64,000 bases of DNA, from NCBI GenBank assembly GCA_000165345.1, contig CM000431.1, positions 832,001 to 896,000 on the forward strand, written 5' to 3'. A program made the translations under genes and the position numbers. Below are positions 42,401 to 52,060 of this stretch, piece by piece. Under the pieces are notes generated by a model. The model ran no database searches and was not told the origin of the DNA. It saw only the letters and a list, made by a program, of their open reading frames with translations. The stretch's first letter is position 1, and each line of letters starts with the position of its first letter.

Positions 42401-44132
42401 CACCAATAGCTTTTTTATTTATTGCTCTATTTTGAGCAAGAAATCTTGCAATAGAAATACAGTTTTCCTTATCAATAACTTCGATTTCAGAGAGTAAATC
42501 AATACCCTTTTCATAGTTACCTTCATTAAAATTTTTAATATACTCATCAATCAAATATTTCCTTATGGGAGCGGTATTAAGATCGAATTCAATATGACTA
42601 AAACTATTTAATTTGTGAATTCTTTTCAATTCTTCTTTAATATTAATAATTAGATTAGTTATTAAGGTAAATATATCAATATTTAGGCTCTTGTTCTGAG
42701 TCTTTATGGATCCTCCCTCCATAATTTGATTAATTAGAAAGTTAATGGTATTTAAAACCAAGTTTTCACTGTTTATATCAAGGTCAAACTCAATAAATAA
42801 ATATGTAAGAAATGAAATATTTTCTGTTAAAGTACCAAAAATGGATTCTATGATAACATTTTTTTCAGAATTTTCGAATATCCCATTTTCGAATAGCCCT
42901 CTAATACACTTTGAAATGAAAATACCATGTAAACGAATAGTTTGGCTTAAATCATGAATTTGAAGAGCATTACTCCATAATTGAATGGAATTTTTCCTGG
43001 CTTGAAAATCATTCAAAACGATGTTTTTAATAATCGAAAAGAAGTGGAGCTTATATAGTCGTCTTACATAGTCTCCAAAATTAGTGTTTTGGTACTCTCT
43101 CAATTTAATCTTTGCATAGATTGCGTGTAGCATCTCTAGGCTAAGATTTCTAATCCTCAATATCCTAGGATCCAATTCCCTAACCTGGGAAAATATAAAA
43201 AAATTATTCTCAACTTCAATAAAATCCTTGGAGGAAAGCTCAAAGTCTAAAGGAGAAATCAATTTGATCTGGTTGAACCTTCCCTTTTGCGTTTCATGCT
43301 TTTTAATGTGAATCATGCTATTTGTCATGGTAAATGTGTAGAGTATTTCTATAATTAATACAAAATATTTTTCAGAATACTCGTTTCTTTTTTCAAATGA
43401 GTCATCAAAAAACAAGCTTACGAAATGTATTAATATAGAATAAGTTGTTGCTCTGATTCCATTATCAATTGTATTACTGTAAATATTAAATAACACTAGA
43501 AAGGTGGAGTAGAGCATTTGGCAGCTAAAACAATCAATATTCTTTCCAATCAAAGGTATACTTGTTTTTATAATTTGAGTTAGAATTGATTCATCATCAA
43601 TCTTTGAATCATATATATTGAACAATAGTGTGAATAAAAACTCTAAACCGTTAACTGGTTCTTTATTTTCTATAATGTCCTCGCAACCATAAAGTTTTTC
43701 TTCTTCAATCAAAGTTCTTGCAAGAGCTTCAAAAGAAAGAAGCTTATTGATTCCCTCCAAGGATATTAATGTAAGCTTCGGATTCGTATATTGTCTACAT
43801 GCTTTAAAAATCGGTCCTAATATATATGGATATAACAGATCCAAATGTTTTCCATATTCATCGAATGATAAGTCCTTAAGTTTTTTCTTATCTGCATAGT
43901 ATATAAGATTCTTTAAATCACTAGTTACTGCTCCACTTAAATAATCTTTCAAATCAAAGTTATTGTCAAATTCTAAAATCAAATCCTGAAATTCTTTTTC
44001 ATTTTGAAGTTGAGTGTACCCAATAAAGAACTTTAACTTGTCAATGCAGTGAGATGCAACAACTTCCAGGTCCTTGTATTTTCTGGATGTGCTTGAAAAT
44101 TTCTGTATTGACTTAATAGTATTTATTATCAT
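36396..44132 (-). CDS. Giant Sec7-domain ARF guanine-nucleotide exchange factor (BIG/GBF-like), 2578 aa, with long low-complexity inserts.
   Basis: Sec7 core FHLPGEAQKIDRIIEEFSLRYF..NP.IF...D..YIIAFSLIMLHTDAHS at about 41990..42560; catalytic Glu codon at 42270..42272. Poly-Asp encoded by an (ATC)n run near 38332..38355. The stop codon overlaps the PCNA 3' end. Confidence 0.9.
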   Translation of the reverse strand: MIINTIKSIQKFSSTSRKYKDLEVVASHCIDKLKFFIGYTQLQNEKEFQDLILEFDNNFDLKDYLSGAVTSDLKNLIYYADKKKLKDLSFDEYGKHLDLLYPYILGPIFKACRQYTNPKLTLISLEGINKLLSFEALARTLIEEEKLYGCEDIIENKEPVNGLEFLFTLLFNIYDSKIDDESILTQIIKTSIPLIGKNIDCFSCQMLYSTFLVLFNIYSNTIDNGIRATTYSILIHFVSLFFDDSFEKRNEYSEKYFVLIIEILYTFTMTNSMIHIKKHETQKGRFNQIKLISPLDFELSSKDFIEVENNFFIFSQVRELDPRILRIRNLSLEMLHAIYAKIKLREYQNTNFGDYVRRLYKLHFFSIIKNIVLNDFQARKNSIQLWSNALQIHDLSQTIRLHGIFISKCIRGLFENGIFENSEKNVIIESIFGTLTENISFLTYLFIEFDLDINSENLVLNTINFLINQIMEGGSIKTQNKSLNIDIFTLITNLIINIKEELKRIHKLNSFSHIEFDLNTAPIRKYLIDEYIKNFNEGNYEKGIDLLSEIEVIDKENCISIARFLAQNRAINKKAIGDYISLPNPRNKEILNHYCNQFSFKNKSLDFSLYLFLSNFHLPGEAQKIDRIIEEFSLRYFLDNPEIFPNKDKIYIIAFSLIMLHTDAHSKEIKNYYRMSKSDFIKNHNDLILSSPKLVDSLEAFYDNITLNEWIFENSKERCKVYFPYIDYLINLIQNLEFTNTCLTNNSKNACYYNSSSSYSSNFQIKIISNEIIHKIANLLSFQTDPEIIANQKDLFKFIYQSIKKKFETIYFNGIYSEDIVYWKFIPNTPIQWIIGLSECLKGRNLPIKSEIQQESIYFQYDGLSFNKNTKVVHSNNILQTSSVIGNNQNLSKWITNNKNSDIKVRDINSIFQITISDLIKEMHPNWSNRKYKRTESMNQKRIEIEESYIILLGKMICCYFTTMLSNVDFWMCFGKETMISWIPILKYSTELGIILGLESSFTINLTVLSYLTNTLTLPLNLNDLFFCNSNITEEIRVILKNDHHSFEDEKYSKSLKFPELEKSGILEQYSDLIIRSFQTSMNFYNSFESKQECKVKDENEKSISHSFAHSTNQESEVLLSYLISNESFSTHSSLNYLNIEAIKAIFEISQDYGDQVPFILWVIMIGIVSQVDRYFYVKTILKGNNTDISDYFDHNKFINNKSKAFGNDLTKFLTLSKISLNLTKSNTLNSRHFNQFFNRKLIKSTKNIFNSTKSIINSGLSNNNSRDNSRSISRASSSRETSPDYSNKDTEIIQSKDENEIISSNTYFQNKIIYGSNSQNIQIYTNLKNSISFNNLWFKDEEIIEQNSTVENNGEMLIINDEKYSLILNQVSLINLRRTEMFNSKLITNELEFYQVMERIFTRIAMDPIKNKRVITDLFLALIFNARNQIVLSGRKSIELFLFRKVFEFMNLILEYNFQEFFELILWDKYFIPIYYSEIIQILSGKAYLEVLDSIKSFTIKFIESQDMFIRSKYLNNIKDENKVNNYPEEIKMIIISSSLDFILEKSSNQLSTNFKYFHSKELNLTQLSIFILFKKLVEKIINYESYNEYIVTVELLLEILKNIQNLYQNLKLLNFLDVNDIIEIYYCFIIGIQKGIEKTEEKNINNHHNSKKKKLINILNSNSHSNKEELNKDKENEILARILLCLTTIPRLSFILDDDIFSKLLDTFFILIKVFVQKNVSKLICKILDYILYMFYIKIKYINNQDIEEIQNLDEDNINGLQLLNIRKTNNIRKNVYNKNQYKLILCYFNEFSQLITKSLIFEKKYLDLYYYYLVNISKLINYWLGICPIELIIHEVFLIQNIIPDIINLISFNNKKNIINQTNISLTADYMKTKGVKFLDKLTTEEKNHETSLLLEEESMIKNNRLEDDSGTEEYHDENDFENDDDDDDEDNCFVNDEADLDIIRYISYNSTRNEKSTFEVTNKNSHLDNTQLTLSSKEDLKMKTNYKNNLTIFNKKFKEINRVLTNKTEDKDHLISDEILENLNYDDINNIKIDKEYGDLKAIKIIHNVYKIIEFYIFRTSIKYYRFLLKDWLILTNQILLSQTMSIFCKDDIKIQYKMLIVYINFLYNNKSLFGYKEWHQIFQYYSNFVGEFTKSIQIDPNKYIIEDVRSRYSIDDLGVAYGEREFENQINEKKKSKDDEIVDTRKRRQHNQFEIFFRSKFFNKRYFGLIENKKNHKNDQNGIDPNKIGKYKNKGRRISLKHCLEKNWKCYSHKNIKNTNDQEMYDSFIRLRLSIEELIFKDIKYKSNYDEEKTMITINRPDCVHDLYSALLVIYNILFDWYMIDLRSIERELDMGINKMIYDTIINSLNKLYFELLNGLNLVKFDLFQYNIYLVLWIQLHVRKEFSLQFKDNLQYYKNELLSQCEDILEKYVKIEKSKNNTLERREKGLHSDDYYEKKRLSSIISPNIHFNHHFNSSYDRILKNKVDITYSYKAVLNSLLSDLKEMKQSEYIMKSSRFYKVLLDITLLEDQNLRILSRDILIEFARKEKDTIKSSSLSSPSPSPLPLSPSSLILSLPSEEQILPMINDYSSS
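38332..38355. repeat. (ATC)n trinucleotide microsatellite encoding a poly-Asp run (DDDDDDED) inside the Sec7 GEF CDS.
   Basis: tcatcatcatcatcatcatcg on the + strand; reads as GAT/GAC codons on the minus strand. Confidence 0.8.
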
Positions 44133-44907
44133 ATCATAATTTACAAATCTTAATTTTCATACCAAATTTCATTAAAAAAAATACGAATTTGTGTATTAAT
44201 GCCTATATATCCTTCCGGTCTATATGATTAGTTTATTCTTTCATTCCTATTATTTAAGTTTGGTGATTTCTTTCAAATTTACAGTTTTTCACACATCCGT
44301 TGAAAATTCCTCAATTTTTTACTTTAACGCATATTAATTATTTGATGATCTTGCCGCCTTTTTTTAAATATTGAATTAATTAACTGAATAAATATAATAA
44401 AATCCTCAATATAAAATTTTCTAAAATGGTGAATAATATTCAGACAAACAAATAAATTTTTACTGTTTATAAAGTTTTTATAGTCTAAACTTAGACTCTA
44501 TTGTTCTTTAACAGAAATGTTAATTCCTAATATTAACTGCTTGTAAGATTATTACTAACTTTAAGTAACAATCACTTATATTACAATTGTATTTTTCATG
44601 TATGATTTAAATTAGATGATCTTTTATTTGATTATGCCTTGCTCGTTCTTTCAGTATTTGAAAGGCATAATCTTTATTTTGCCCTTTGTTTTTTCTCACT
44701 TTATGATTCAATTTGACACGTAATACTCAATGTGGATACATGCAGGTAAAAATCGCATGCAATACTAATAACAGAATTTTAAATAGTTGAAAGTTAAATT
44801 CTGTATTTGATAAATAAATATTAATTGGTTCAATTTATGAGTAAAAAAATTTTAGTAAAAATAATAAACCAATTACTAAGACTAGTAAATTTTACAAATA
44901 AAAAAAG

Positions 44908-47043
44908 TTAATATTCCAATGAACAGTTTTTATTGGAAAATTTTGAGAGATATTTTTTAATGAAATCAATCTCAAATTTGAGATTAGGATCAAAAAATTT
45001 TCTTTCAGCGTTATAAAGGTTAATTTCATTATTAATGAAGTGATATATTTGCTTAATTTCGTCTTGAGAAAGAAAATTTAAAAAAAAATTTTCAATAAAA
45101 ATGGAGAGAGGTTTTTTTGGAGATTTAGGGTCCATAGAATAACGATCCAAGATAATATTAATAAAGTTTATAGTATAAAAAAAAGATGCGATTTTATAAT
45201 AAATAACTTTTTCAAAATTAAAGGTATTTTGAGAACTTGTGTTAATGCGATTAAATACAAGAGAAGATTTAGTCATTTTTGAATTTGGAGATTTTTGTTT
45301 GTAATTAAATTTCAAAATAATTGATTTAATATCTAGGATAATGCAATATGCAAATTTGAAGAGTGAATAATGAAGAGAATTTGATTTATTACATAGTTCA
45401 ATTTTTCCATCTGAAAACAATAAGTCTCTAATTCTTTTTTGAATAAGATCTACTGAAGTTAATTTATGGTTTAGTCCATTTGTTAATTCCTCAATAAATA
45501 ATTGTTTTGTAGAGCTTTCTCCAAATCTTGAAATTAAAAAAATTGTGCTATTATAAGTTTTAAGAATTGGGATTATAATATCCATTTCTGAAAAGCAATT
45601 TTGTATAGAAAGCTGAGCAAAATAACCAATGTTAAAAAAGAGATTTAGTATTTGTTTATTTGAAATATTACTTGCATGAAAGTGAGCCATGAAATGGTTT
45701 CTAGATAAAAAGGGAATACTAAATGTTGTATTTATTACTTCAAGTATAGATTTAACTTGTTTAACTCTTATTCTATTAAATATTTTTGGAAGAAACTCAA
45801 TTTGATTTGATTGGTTTAAGTTATGATCAATAAATTTCGAGAAGACCTTGTTAATTAGTTCAGAATGGTCATTTAAAAGTTCCAATTTTTGGTATTCTTT
45901 GTCAACTTCTTGCTTTTCTAAAGATTCATTTGAAAGTTCTTGTATCTTGCCTTCCAAAATTATTGAAATTTTGGCTTCAAATGTTTTAAACCAAAGTATT
46001 GTAGAAATATTATCAAGAGCTAAAATTGCATGATCTTCCATTCTTTTTGTCTTATCAGAAGTATTACCTTGGTAAGAATATATTATATCCTTCAAAAGAT
46101 GATCTGCAACCATTTCTACACCACTTTCAAGTAAATATCTTCCACGCGGTAATTTGAAAAGAAGAGCTGTTGTTAAAAATGATCCAGAACATCTATAAAA
46201 GCAAATCATTGAATTTAAAAAAAATATCTTATTAAAAAAAATATTTTTTTGGGTAATATCTTGGAAATTAATATTCTGAAAAGCTGTAAATAAATCATCA
46301 CTAAACTCCTTATCAAATAGTAAATTAAGACTCTCAGTATTAATTTTGGTTATCTCAAAAATAATATATTTAAATCCATCTTCATATTCACCACTAATCA
46401 TCCCATTTAGTCTTCTCCTTTTATTCATTTTAAAATCTTGATGACTTTGAAGATTAATTATATTCATATCTATTTCATCATTCATCTCAATTAACCCAAC
46501 AGTTTCCTCTTCCCCATTAATTCTTGTTCCAAAATAAGAATTTGTAGGTTCACCCCATTCTTCTATCCAGTTTTTGTCAGAAGTTACCAAATTCTCACAT
46601 TCTTTCTTACCTCTAAATTCATTAGAAATAACATTTTCGCCATTACAGCATTCAACCAATAATTTGATAATAACATTACAGATGTCTGTACTACTGAGAT
46701 CATCTAAATTATACCAATCCTGACTCTTCAATATCCAAATACTCAATATTAATGTAAAACCCAAGTATTTTCCAATAGAAAATGGCGTATTATCCATCAT
46801 TTTGGAAATACCCACAATCTTATCAGATAATAATTTGTAACTCAATCCCAACTCCATTTCTTTACCGTAACCTAAAAGAGTTATATATGTTAAGTATAAA
46901 GAATCAATAGATTCAGTTGATGTCACATTGCTTTCATTAACCTCCATTAATTTATTCCGTAGTATCAAAAGCTCATTTTCTTCATTCAAAGCTACCTCAA
47001 CTAAGCGGTTATGATTTAATTCCATTATCAAACTACCTTTCAT
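44908..47043 (-). CDS. Hypothetical protein, 711 aa, probably alpha-helical; no motif recognised.
   Basis: 2.1 kb ORF with ATG. The divergent promoter shared with the RRM gene contains the TGGCGGGCACATGTGCCGCCA palindrome. Confidence 0.7.
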   Translation of the reverse strand: MKGSLIMELNHNRLVEVALNEENELLILRNKLMEVNESNVTSTESIDSLYLTYITLLGYGKEMELGLSYKLLSDKIVGISKMMDNTPFSIGKYLGFTLILSIWILKSQDWYNLDDLSSTDICNVIIKLLVECCNGENVISNEFRGKKECENLVTSDKNWIEEWGEPTNSYFGTRINGEEETVGLIEMNDEIDMNIINLQSHQDFKMNKRRRLNGMISGEYEDGFKYIIFEITKINTESLNLLFDKEFSDDLFTAFQNINFQDITQKNIFFNKIFFLNSMICFYRCSGSFLTTALLFKLPRGRYLLESGVEMVADHLLKDIIYSYQGNTSDKTKRMEDHAILALDNISTILWFKTFEAKISIILEGKIQELSNESLEKQEVDKEYQKLELLNDHSELINKVFSKFIDHNLNQSNQIEFLPKIFNRIRVKQVKSILEVINTTFSIPFLSRNHFMAHFHASNISNKQILNLFFNIGYFAQLSIQNCFSEMDIIIPILKTYNSTIFLISRFGESSTKQLFIEELTNGLNHKLTSVDLIQKRIRDLLFSDGKIELCNKSNSLHYSLFKFAYCIILDIKSIILKFNYKQKSPNSKMTKSSLVFNRINTSSQNTFNFEKVIYYKIASFFYTINFINIILDRYSMDPKSPKKPLSIFIENFFLNFLSQDEIKQIYHFINNEINLYNAERKFFDPNLKFEIDFIKKYLSKFSNKNCSLEY

Positions 47044-47136
47044 TTGACTTAGAGACTTGATTATACTAGTCGATTCTTCTCTCTAAAACCCCAATCTTTA
47101 TATTAAAGATGAAAAATGCATGGAGATTCTTTTCAC

Positions 47137-47161
47137 AATTTGGCGGGCACATGTGCCGCCA
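47137..47161. promoter_or_regulatory. E2F-like TTTGGCGGG embedded in a 21-nt near-palindrome TGGCGGGCACATGTGCCGCCA (CACATGTG core).
   Basis: Divergent promoter between the 711-aa gene (-) and the RRM gene (+). Arms TGGCGG/CCGCCA are perfect inverted repeats. Confidence 0.5.
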
Positions 47162-47362
47162 TGGGCTGGGCGGTACCATGTTCTAGTTATTTTTGACTTT
47201 TAACTTGAAATAATAAAATAATTTTTAAGTTTCAAAGGTAACTAAAATTGGAAATTCAGTTAAAAAGTAAACAGGTTTTTAACAATAAGACTTTGATTTA
47301 TTTATTTATACTTTCGAATATTATATTAGCCTAAATGAATTATAATTTTATATTTTAAGAAT

Positions 47363-48412
47363 ATGGAAAAGGCTGAAAAAGTTACTTCTATTACGGATAT
47401 AATTGCCAGAAATAGTAGATCCAAAGGAGCTACTGAGGAAATTAACCCAAATATTGAAAAACTGCTTAGTGAATGTAGTGATAATCCCCGCATTTTAGCT
47501 CCTAAAAATCAGGAAAAGAATAGATCTGAAAATGTAGCAAAAGAGGAAAAACCTAAAGAATTTACTAAGGTTAAATATGATAAAAACAATGATCCAAGGA
47601 TTGAAAACACACTATTTGTTGGAAATGTAGCTCTACATATTTCTGAGAAAGAACTACTTTCCAAATTAGAAATTAAACAAGGTGAAGTAGAATCCATGAG
47701 ATTTAGGTCCCTACCTATACATCCTAAGTTTGCTTCAAAGAAAAAAGTTGGTGCAGCTTTGGAGTGCTTTTCTGGAAACAGTAGTACTAAAAATGCTTAT
47801 ATTGTTTTGAAAGAAAAAGAAAGGATGAAACCAATTATTGACAAATTTTCTGGAATTGTTTTAGCAGGAAATATTCTTCGTTTAACTCCAGCATCTAAAG
47901 GCAATCAATTCAGCACTTTTGATCGTAAGAGAACTGTCTTTATTGGTGGATTACCAAAGTTTTGTACTGAAGATGAACTACGTAGATTTGTTACAATGTC
48001 ACTAAATGAAGACTGCGTTCATTCCGTTCGGATTATAAAATCTGCCACTACTGGTAAGCCTAAAGGTTTTGGATTTGTTTTATTTAATGACAGAAAGTTT
48101 GTCATCTCTTCCGTTAAAATGCTTAGTGGCGCTCAATTTAAAGATTCCAAAATATCAGTTACTAGGGCTTTATCTGAAGAAGAAGCAAAAAGTAAAGCTA
48201 ATTCAAACAATTCTAGAAGAAGGATGATCAATAATGGAACACAAAGTAAAAATAAAGAAGGCGATGACTCTATGAGAGAAAATAGATTTATATCCAAGAA
48301 GAATGCTAAAAATAAGGTCAATAAAATTAAGAAGAAACTTAAGAAAGTTGTCAAAAAGGCCCCAAATATTAAAAAAGCTTCCAAATCTAAAAAAAGTAAA
48401 TCAAAAGCATGA
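47363..48412 (+). CDS. RRM-containing RNA-binding protein with a Lys-rich C-terminal tail (Nop12/RBM34-like nucleolar protein).
   Basis: RNP-type RRMs: LFVGNV...EVESMRF and TVFIGGLP...KGFGFVLF (RNP-1). C-terminus KKNAKNKVNKIKKKLKKVVKKAPNIKKASKSKKSKSKA. Confidence 0.8.
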   Translation: MEKAEKVTSITDIIARNSRSKGATEEINPNIEKLLSECSDNPRILAPKNQEKNRSENVAKEEKPKEFTKVKYDKNNDPRIENTLFVGNVALHISEKELLSKLEIKQGEVESMRFRSLPIHPKFASKKKVGAALECFSGNSSTKNAYIVLKEKERMKPIIDKFSGIVLAGNILRLTPASKGNQFSTFDRKRTVFIGGLPKFCTEDELRRFVTMSLNEDCVHSVRIIKSATTGKPKGFGFVLFNDRKFVISSVKMLSGAQFKDSKISVTRALSEEEAKSKANSNNSRRRMINNGTQSKNKEGDDSMRENRFISKKNAKNKVNKIKKKLKKVVKKAPNIKKASKSKKSKSKA

Positions 48413-48546
48413 TGAGGACTTTAAATCTATATATTTAACCTAGCTGTCTACATGATAATGTATTTCAATAATATCTTTTTAAACATTTTCTTTTTCTATA
48501 AATTTATTTATTTATTTGACTTGTCGAAAATTCACGCTTTACATGT

Positions 48547-48558
48547 TTTGGCGCCAAA
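48547..48558. promoter_or_regulatory. E2F/DP-like palindrome TTTGGCGCCAAA, upstream of ORF 48672.
   Basis: Identical 12-mer to the PCNA-upstream site. Confidence 0.6.
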
Positions 48559-48671
48559 TCAAATGTAGTAGTTTACATGCAAAACGAAACGTAATTAATT
48601 ACTAAGTGAAGTTCTTTTTTTTTTTAAATAAAATTAGTTGAAGATATAAATAATAATACAATAGAGTAAAT

Positions 48672-49037
48672 ATGGCAGAGTTAATACTTAATAGAATAAG
48701 TGAAGCCTTAGGGTTTGGAACAAAGTGTTGTTCAAAGTGCATTTTTGAAGGAGAAAAGGAGACATTACAATGTTATGACTTGGATCCTCCTCAGATTGTC
48801 AATGAAATTTCAAAAATTAATAACAAGAACACTGTAATAGGACTTGATTGTAATCAAAAGGAGCATGAGGAAGATTTAGCTCGAGATGCAGCAAGAAAGG
48901 TCTTTGGAACAGATTTAGAAAACTCTCCAACAGTGAAAAGGGAAGAGAGAATTATTCAAGAGGAGAGCAGTGTGCCAAAATTAGATTTATTAAAAGAGGA
49001 AAATCAGAGAACAATAAAATTTGAAGATTGTAACTAG
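48672..49037 (+). CDS. Small hypothetical protein (121 aa), Cys-containing N-terminus.
   Basis: ATG ORF. Perfect TTTGGCGCCAAA element 115 bp upstream (48547..48558) suggests a genuine promoter. No domain recognised. Confidence 0.4.
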   Translation: MAELILNRISEALGFGTKCCSKCIFEGEKETLQCYDLDPPQIVNEISKINNKNTVIGLDCNQKEHEEDLARDAARKVFGTDLENSPTVKREERIIQEESSVPKLDLLKEENQRTIKFEDCN

Positions 49038-49240
49038 ATAGATTGATTTAGTATTATTATTTTTTTGTACATTACAAAATCATATGAATGTGTCTTCTTT
49101 TTTTTTCTTTGGGAAATTTCCAATGTGCTAAGGAGATAGTCATCCAATAAGAAAATTAGGTAGAAAATTGAGTATTTTCGAGTATCTAAATGTATTGAAA
49201 ACTAAATATATGAAACTAAATAATAAACTTATAATAATGT

Positions 49241-52060
49241 TTAAATAACTCCTTTTAGAACGTAGGACATACAAACGATAAAGTATAAAATAAATGCTAA
49301 ACCCCAAATGCGATGAACTCTCCCTTTAGACAGTACGACAACCAGTGCTGATATTGGAAGGAAGTACAAGAGTTGGTAAGTAGCAGTAATAATTTGAGAT
49401 TCAAAGTGAAGGTGGATATCTTTTGAGAATCCTAATTGGATTGCTCTTACAAATACTGAACTTCCAAATCCAAATAGGAGAAGAAATACACATGCGCCAT
49501 AACATCCAGCGAGGCCCATATGTGCATGCCCAGCTCTTGAAACTGCTACATTAGCAAATAAGTCAGCAATTGAGTTACCCATTGCAACAATTGTGAGTCC
49601 AAGAATTGCAGGCTTAATTCCAAGGGTAAGCCCAATGACTTTAATGCATTCAACTAACTCGTTTACAAGGACTCCATTCCAATATATTGACATAATAATG
49701 CCAAAGAACATATCACAGTACATTAAAATGTCAGTTATAAACTTTCTGGTTTTAAATGATAATTGAACTTCTGGAAGCTTAATATTTGAGAAGGATCTAA
49801 CCCGATAGAGTCTATAATTCTGGGGATCATCTTTCAAGTCATCTTCACCTGTCTGATCATCTTTTCTTGTATTAAGAATACAAGTATATATGAAAAAGAG
49901 TACCAAAGATATAATAGATGAAAGAAGAAGAGCAATCAAGTAAAATAATGGGTAGCTGACGTAAATCTTCTTTTCAAATCCAACAGCCAAAACAATAAAT
50001 AAGGGTTGCATAATTTGTACTGATCTTCTAAGTGATGGAGACGGTACAGTTAAATACAATATAAACATGATTGGTGTCATTAAAAGTTGTCTAAAGAAAT
50101 CACAGAATTCAAAGAAGCCATCTAAAAGTCCCTCAAAGTCAGTATTAAAACTCATTCCTTGGAAAAATCCTTCACTTCTTTCATTTGATTGGGGTATCTT
50201 AAGTTGTAAAGTTGGGAAATTTGTACGATCATCAATAATGCATCTATCCTCTCTTAATCTTTGTCTTCCTCTCTTCTGTAACTTGAGAACATTTTCCTCA
50301 TGAGCAGGTGGAGGTAGAAGTGAATTGTGTAATGACTCAGTTTGATAAACAACTTCACTCATGGAAAGATTTCTTGAGAGTCTGACTGCATAGTCATCGC
50401 TTAGTAACACAAGTTGTGAGTGAGAACCGGATCTTTTAGTTTCATAATTAGAAATTGTGATTGATCCCAGGTTTGAAGAGTAGGAAGATGATGTAGCTGA
50501 GAAGTTGTTACTTTGGTAGGCATCAGAAATTGATATAGAATTAGAATTTCCAATTTGACTGCTTTGGTCACCTTTTAAGTGAGAAGCTGAAAGCTGTGAG
50601 CAGACTGGGGATTTAGATCTTTGGCTCTGGAAATTCCAAGGATTTGGAAGCTCAAGAGTATTTGCATAATTCCTCTCTCTATTTAAAAGATTCTTAGATG
50701 AATTTCTCTGAGGAAATGGAATCCTACAAGATTGTGCATTATTAACACCATATGCTTTTTCAAAGTCTTCATTATCTTTATCTCTTCCAAATCCATAATT
50801 TGAAGAAGGAGTCAGAACTTTACCGCTTAGATCATCATTTGTTAGACTAGGAGAGGGAGAATGAGTTGGAGTAAGCAAAAGTAAGGTCTTTTTAATACTT
50901 CTAGACTTGGAACCAATTCTATCCCAGTAGACATCACTATTAATAACTGTTCCTTTTTCTAGGAGCTGGCTTTTTTCATCATAAGAGAACTGTAAGTTAG
51001 AAAAAGATAACTTAATTGGAGGGATCTCTAAATCTGGAGTATTTCCATTGTCTGCTTTTTGAACATCTCTAATTGAATCAGGAGGAGTAAAAGGTATTGG
51101 AAGAACCGAAGGAATGGTATTGGAATAGCGATAATTAGGAATATCGCTAGTGATAGCAACATTTCTAAGGCTCAATTTACTTCCTCCCCTTACTTCATCT
51201 GAGTCAGTTACTTGCTCATATACTGGACCTACATATTCTTCCTTAATTGTTAGGTTTACTGGCATTGAAAGAGATGTATACTTCTCACTCCATTGAAGTA
51301 AAAGAACGTAAAATCCATAAGCAATTAATGGAATTACAGACATTTTTGAAGAAATGAATCCAAGGTGATGAATAATAAGTAGTTGAATTAATCCAATAGT
51401 GAGAGCAATTGTATCTCTTAGGTGATTAAATATTGGAATGTTAATATAATTTGAATTTTCACTGCTCTTTGAAAAAACCATTACACACCCAAAAACAACC
51501 AAGATAATAAATAAGCAAGCACCAATAACATCCCCAAGAAACACATCTACAGCATCTTTCTCTCCAATTGATACACTAATAATTCCGAGAATAACATCAC
51601 TGGCTGCATTACTAAATGCTAAGAGTGTAGATCCTGCAAATGTATCTGATAAGCTTAAACATTCAGCTAGCTTAATCATTAGAGATGAAATGTAAGTATC
51701 AGCAACGGTTCCACAAGCAATAAAAAGAATGCAGGACCATACAAGTAAGCATATAGCAAAAGTCACTTTGTTAAGGAGGAATCCAAAGAATGCAGAATTT
51801 CTTTCATTTGGTTGATCATTATCAAAAAGTGGTTCAAAAATATAAGTATAAAAGATTTTGGAGTAGGGAATTAGTGTAGATTGTTGTGATATTTCACTAA
51901 TCCAGTGGGATTGGTCCATAATGTTAAGTTCTGATCCATGGTCATCTGCGCTACAGCTACTATAGGATTCACATTCATCTGGAAAAGAAAATCCCCCTGT
52001 TTGATACTTCTCATTTGATAAATATATGAAAAATAGTAAAACCACAAAAATAGTCTTCAT
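49241..52060 (-). CDS. Cation/Ca2+ exchanger (Na+/Ca2+ exchanger, CCX/NCX family), 939 aa, with signal peptide and a large cytosolic loop.
   Basis: Two alpha-repeat regions: GSTLLAFSNAASDVILGIISVSIGEKDAVDVFLGDVIGACLFIILVVFG and GLTIVAMGNSIADLFANVAVSRAGHAHMGLAGCYGACVF. Multiple TM helices. N-terminal signal MKTIFVVLLFFIYLS. Confidence 0.8.
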   Translation of the reverse strand: MKTIFVVLLFFIYLSNEKYQTGGFSFPDECESYSSCSADDHGSELNIMDQSHWISEISQQSTLIPYSKIFYTYIFEPLFDNDQPNERNSAFFGFLLNKVTFAICLLVWSCILFIACGTVADTYISSLMIKLAECLSLSDTFAGSTLLAFSNAASDVILGIISVSIGEKDAVDVFLGDVIGACLFIILVVFGCVMVFSKSSENSNYINIPIFNHLRDTIALTIGLIQLLIIHHLGFISSKMSVIPLIAYGFYVLLLQWSEKYTSLSMPVNLTIKEEYVGPVYEQVTDSDEVRGGSKLSLRNVAITSDIPNYRYSNTIPSVLPIPFTPPDSIRDVQKADNGNTPDLEIPPIKLSFSNLQFSYDEKSQLLEKGTVINSDVYWDRIGSKSRSIKKTLLLLTPTHSPSPSLTNDDLSGKVLTPSSNYGFGRDKDNEDFEKAYGVNNAQSCRIPFPQRNSSKNLLNRERNYANTLELPNPWNFQSQRSKSPVCSQLSASHLKGDQSSQIGNSNSISISDAYQSNNFSATSSSYSSNLGSITISNYETKRSGSHSQLVLLSDDYAVRLSRNLSMSEVVYQTESLHNSLLPPPAHEENVLKLQKRGRQRLREDRCIIDDRTNFPTLQLKIPQSNERSEGFFQGMSFNTDFEGLLDGFFEFCDFFRQLLMTPIMFILYLTVPSPSLRRSVQIMQPLFIVLAVGFEKKIYVSYPLFYLIALLLSSIISLVLFFIYTCILNTRKDDQTGEDDLKDDPQNYRLYRVRSFSNIKLPEVQLSFKTRKFITDILMYCDMFFGIIMSIYWNGVLVNELVECIKVIGLTLGIKPAILGLTIVAMGNSIADLFANVAVSRAGHAHMGLAGCYGACVFLLLFGFGSSVFVRAIQLGFSKDIHLHFESQIITATYQLLYFLPISALVVVLSKGRVHRIWGLAFILYFIVCMSYVLKGVI

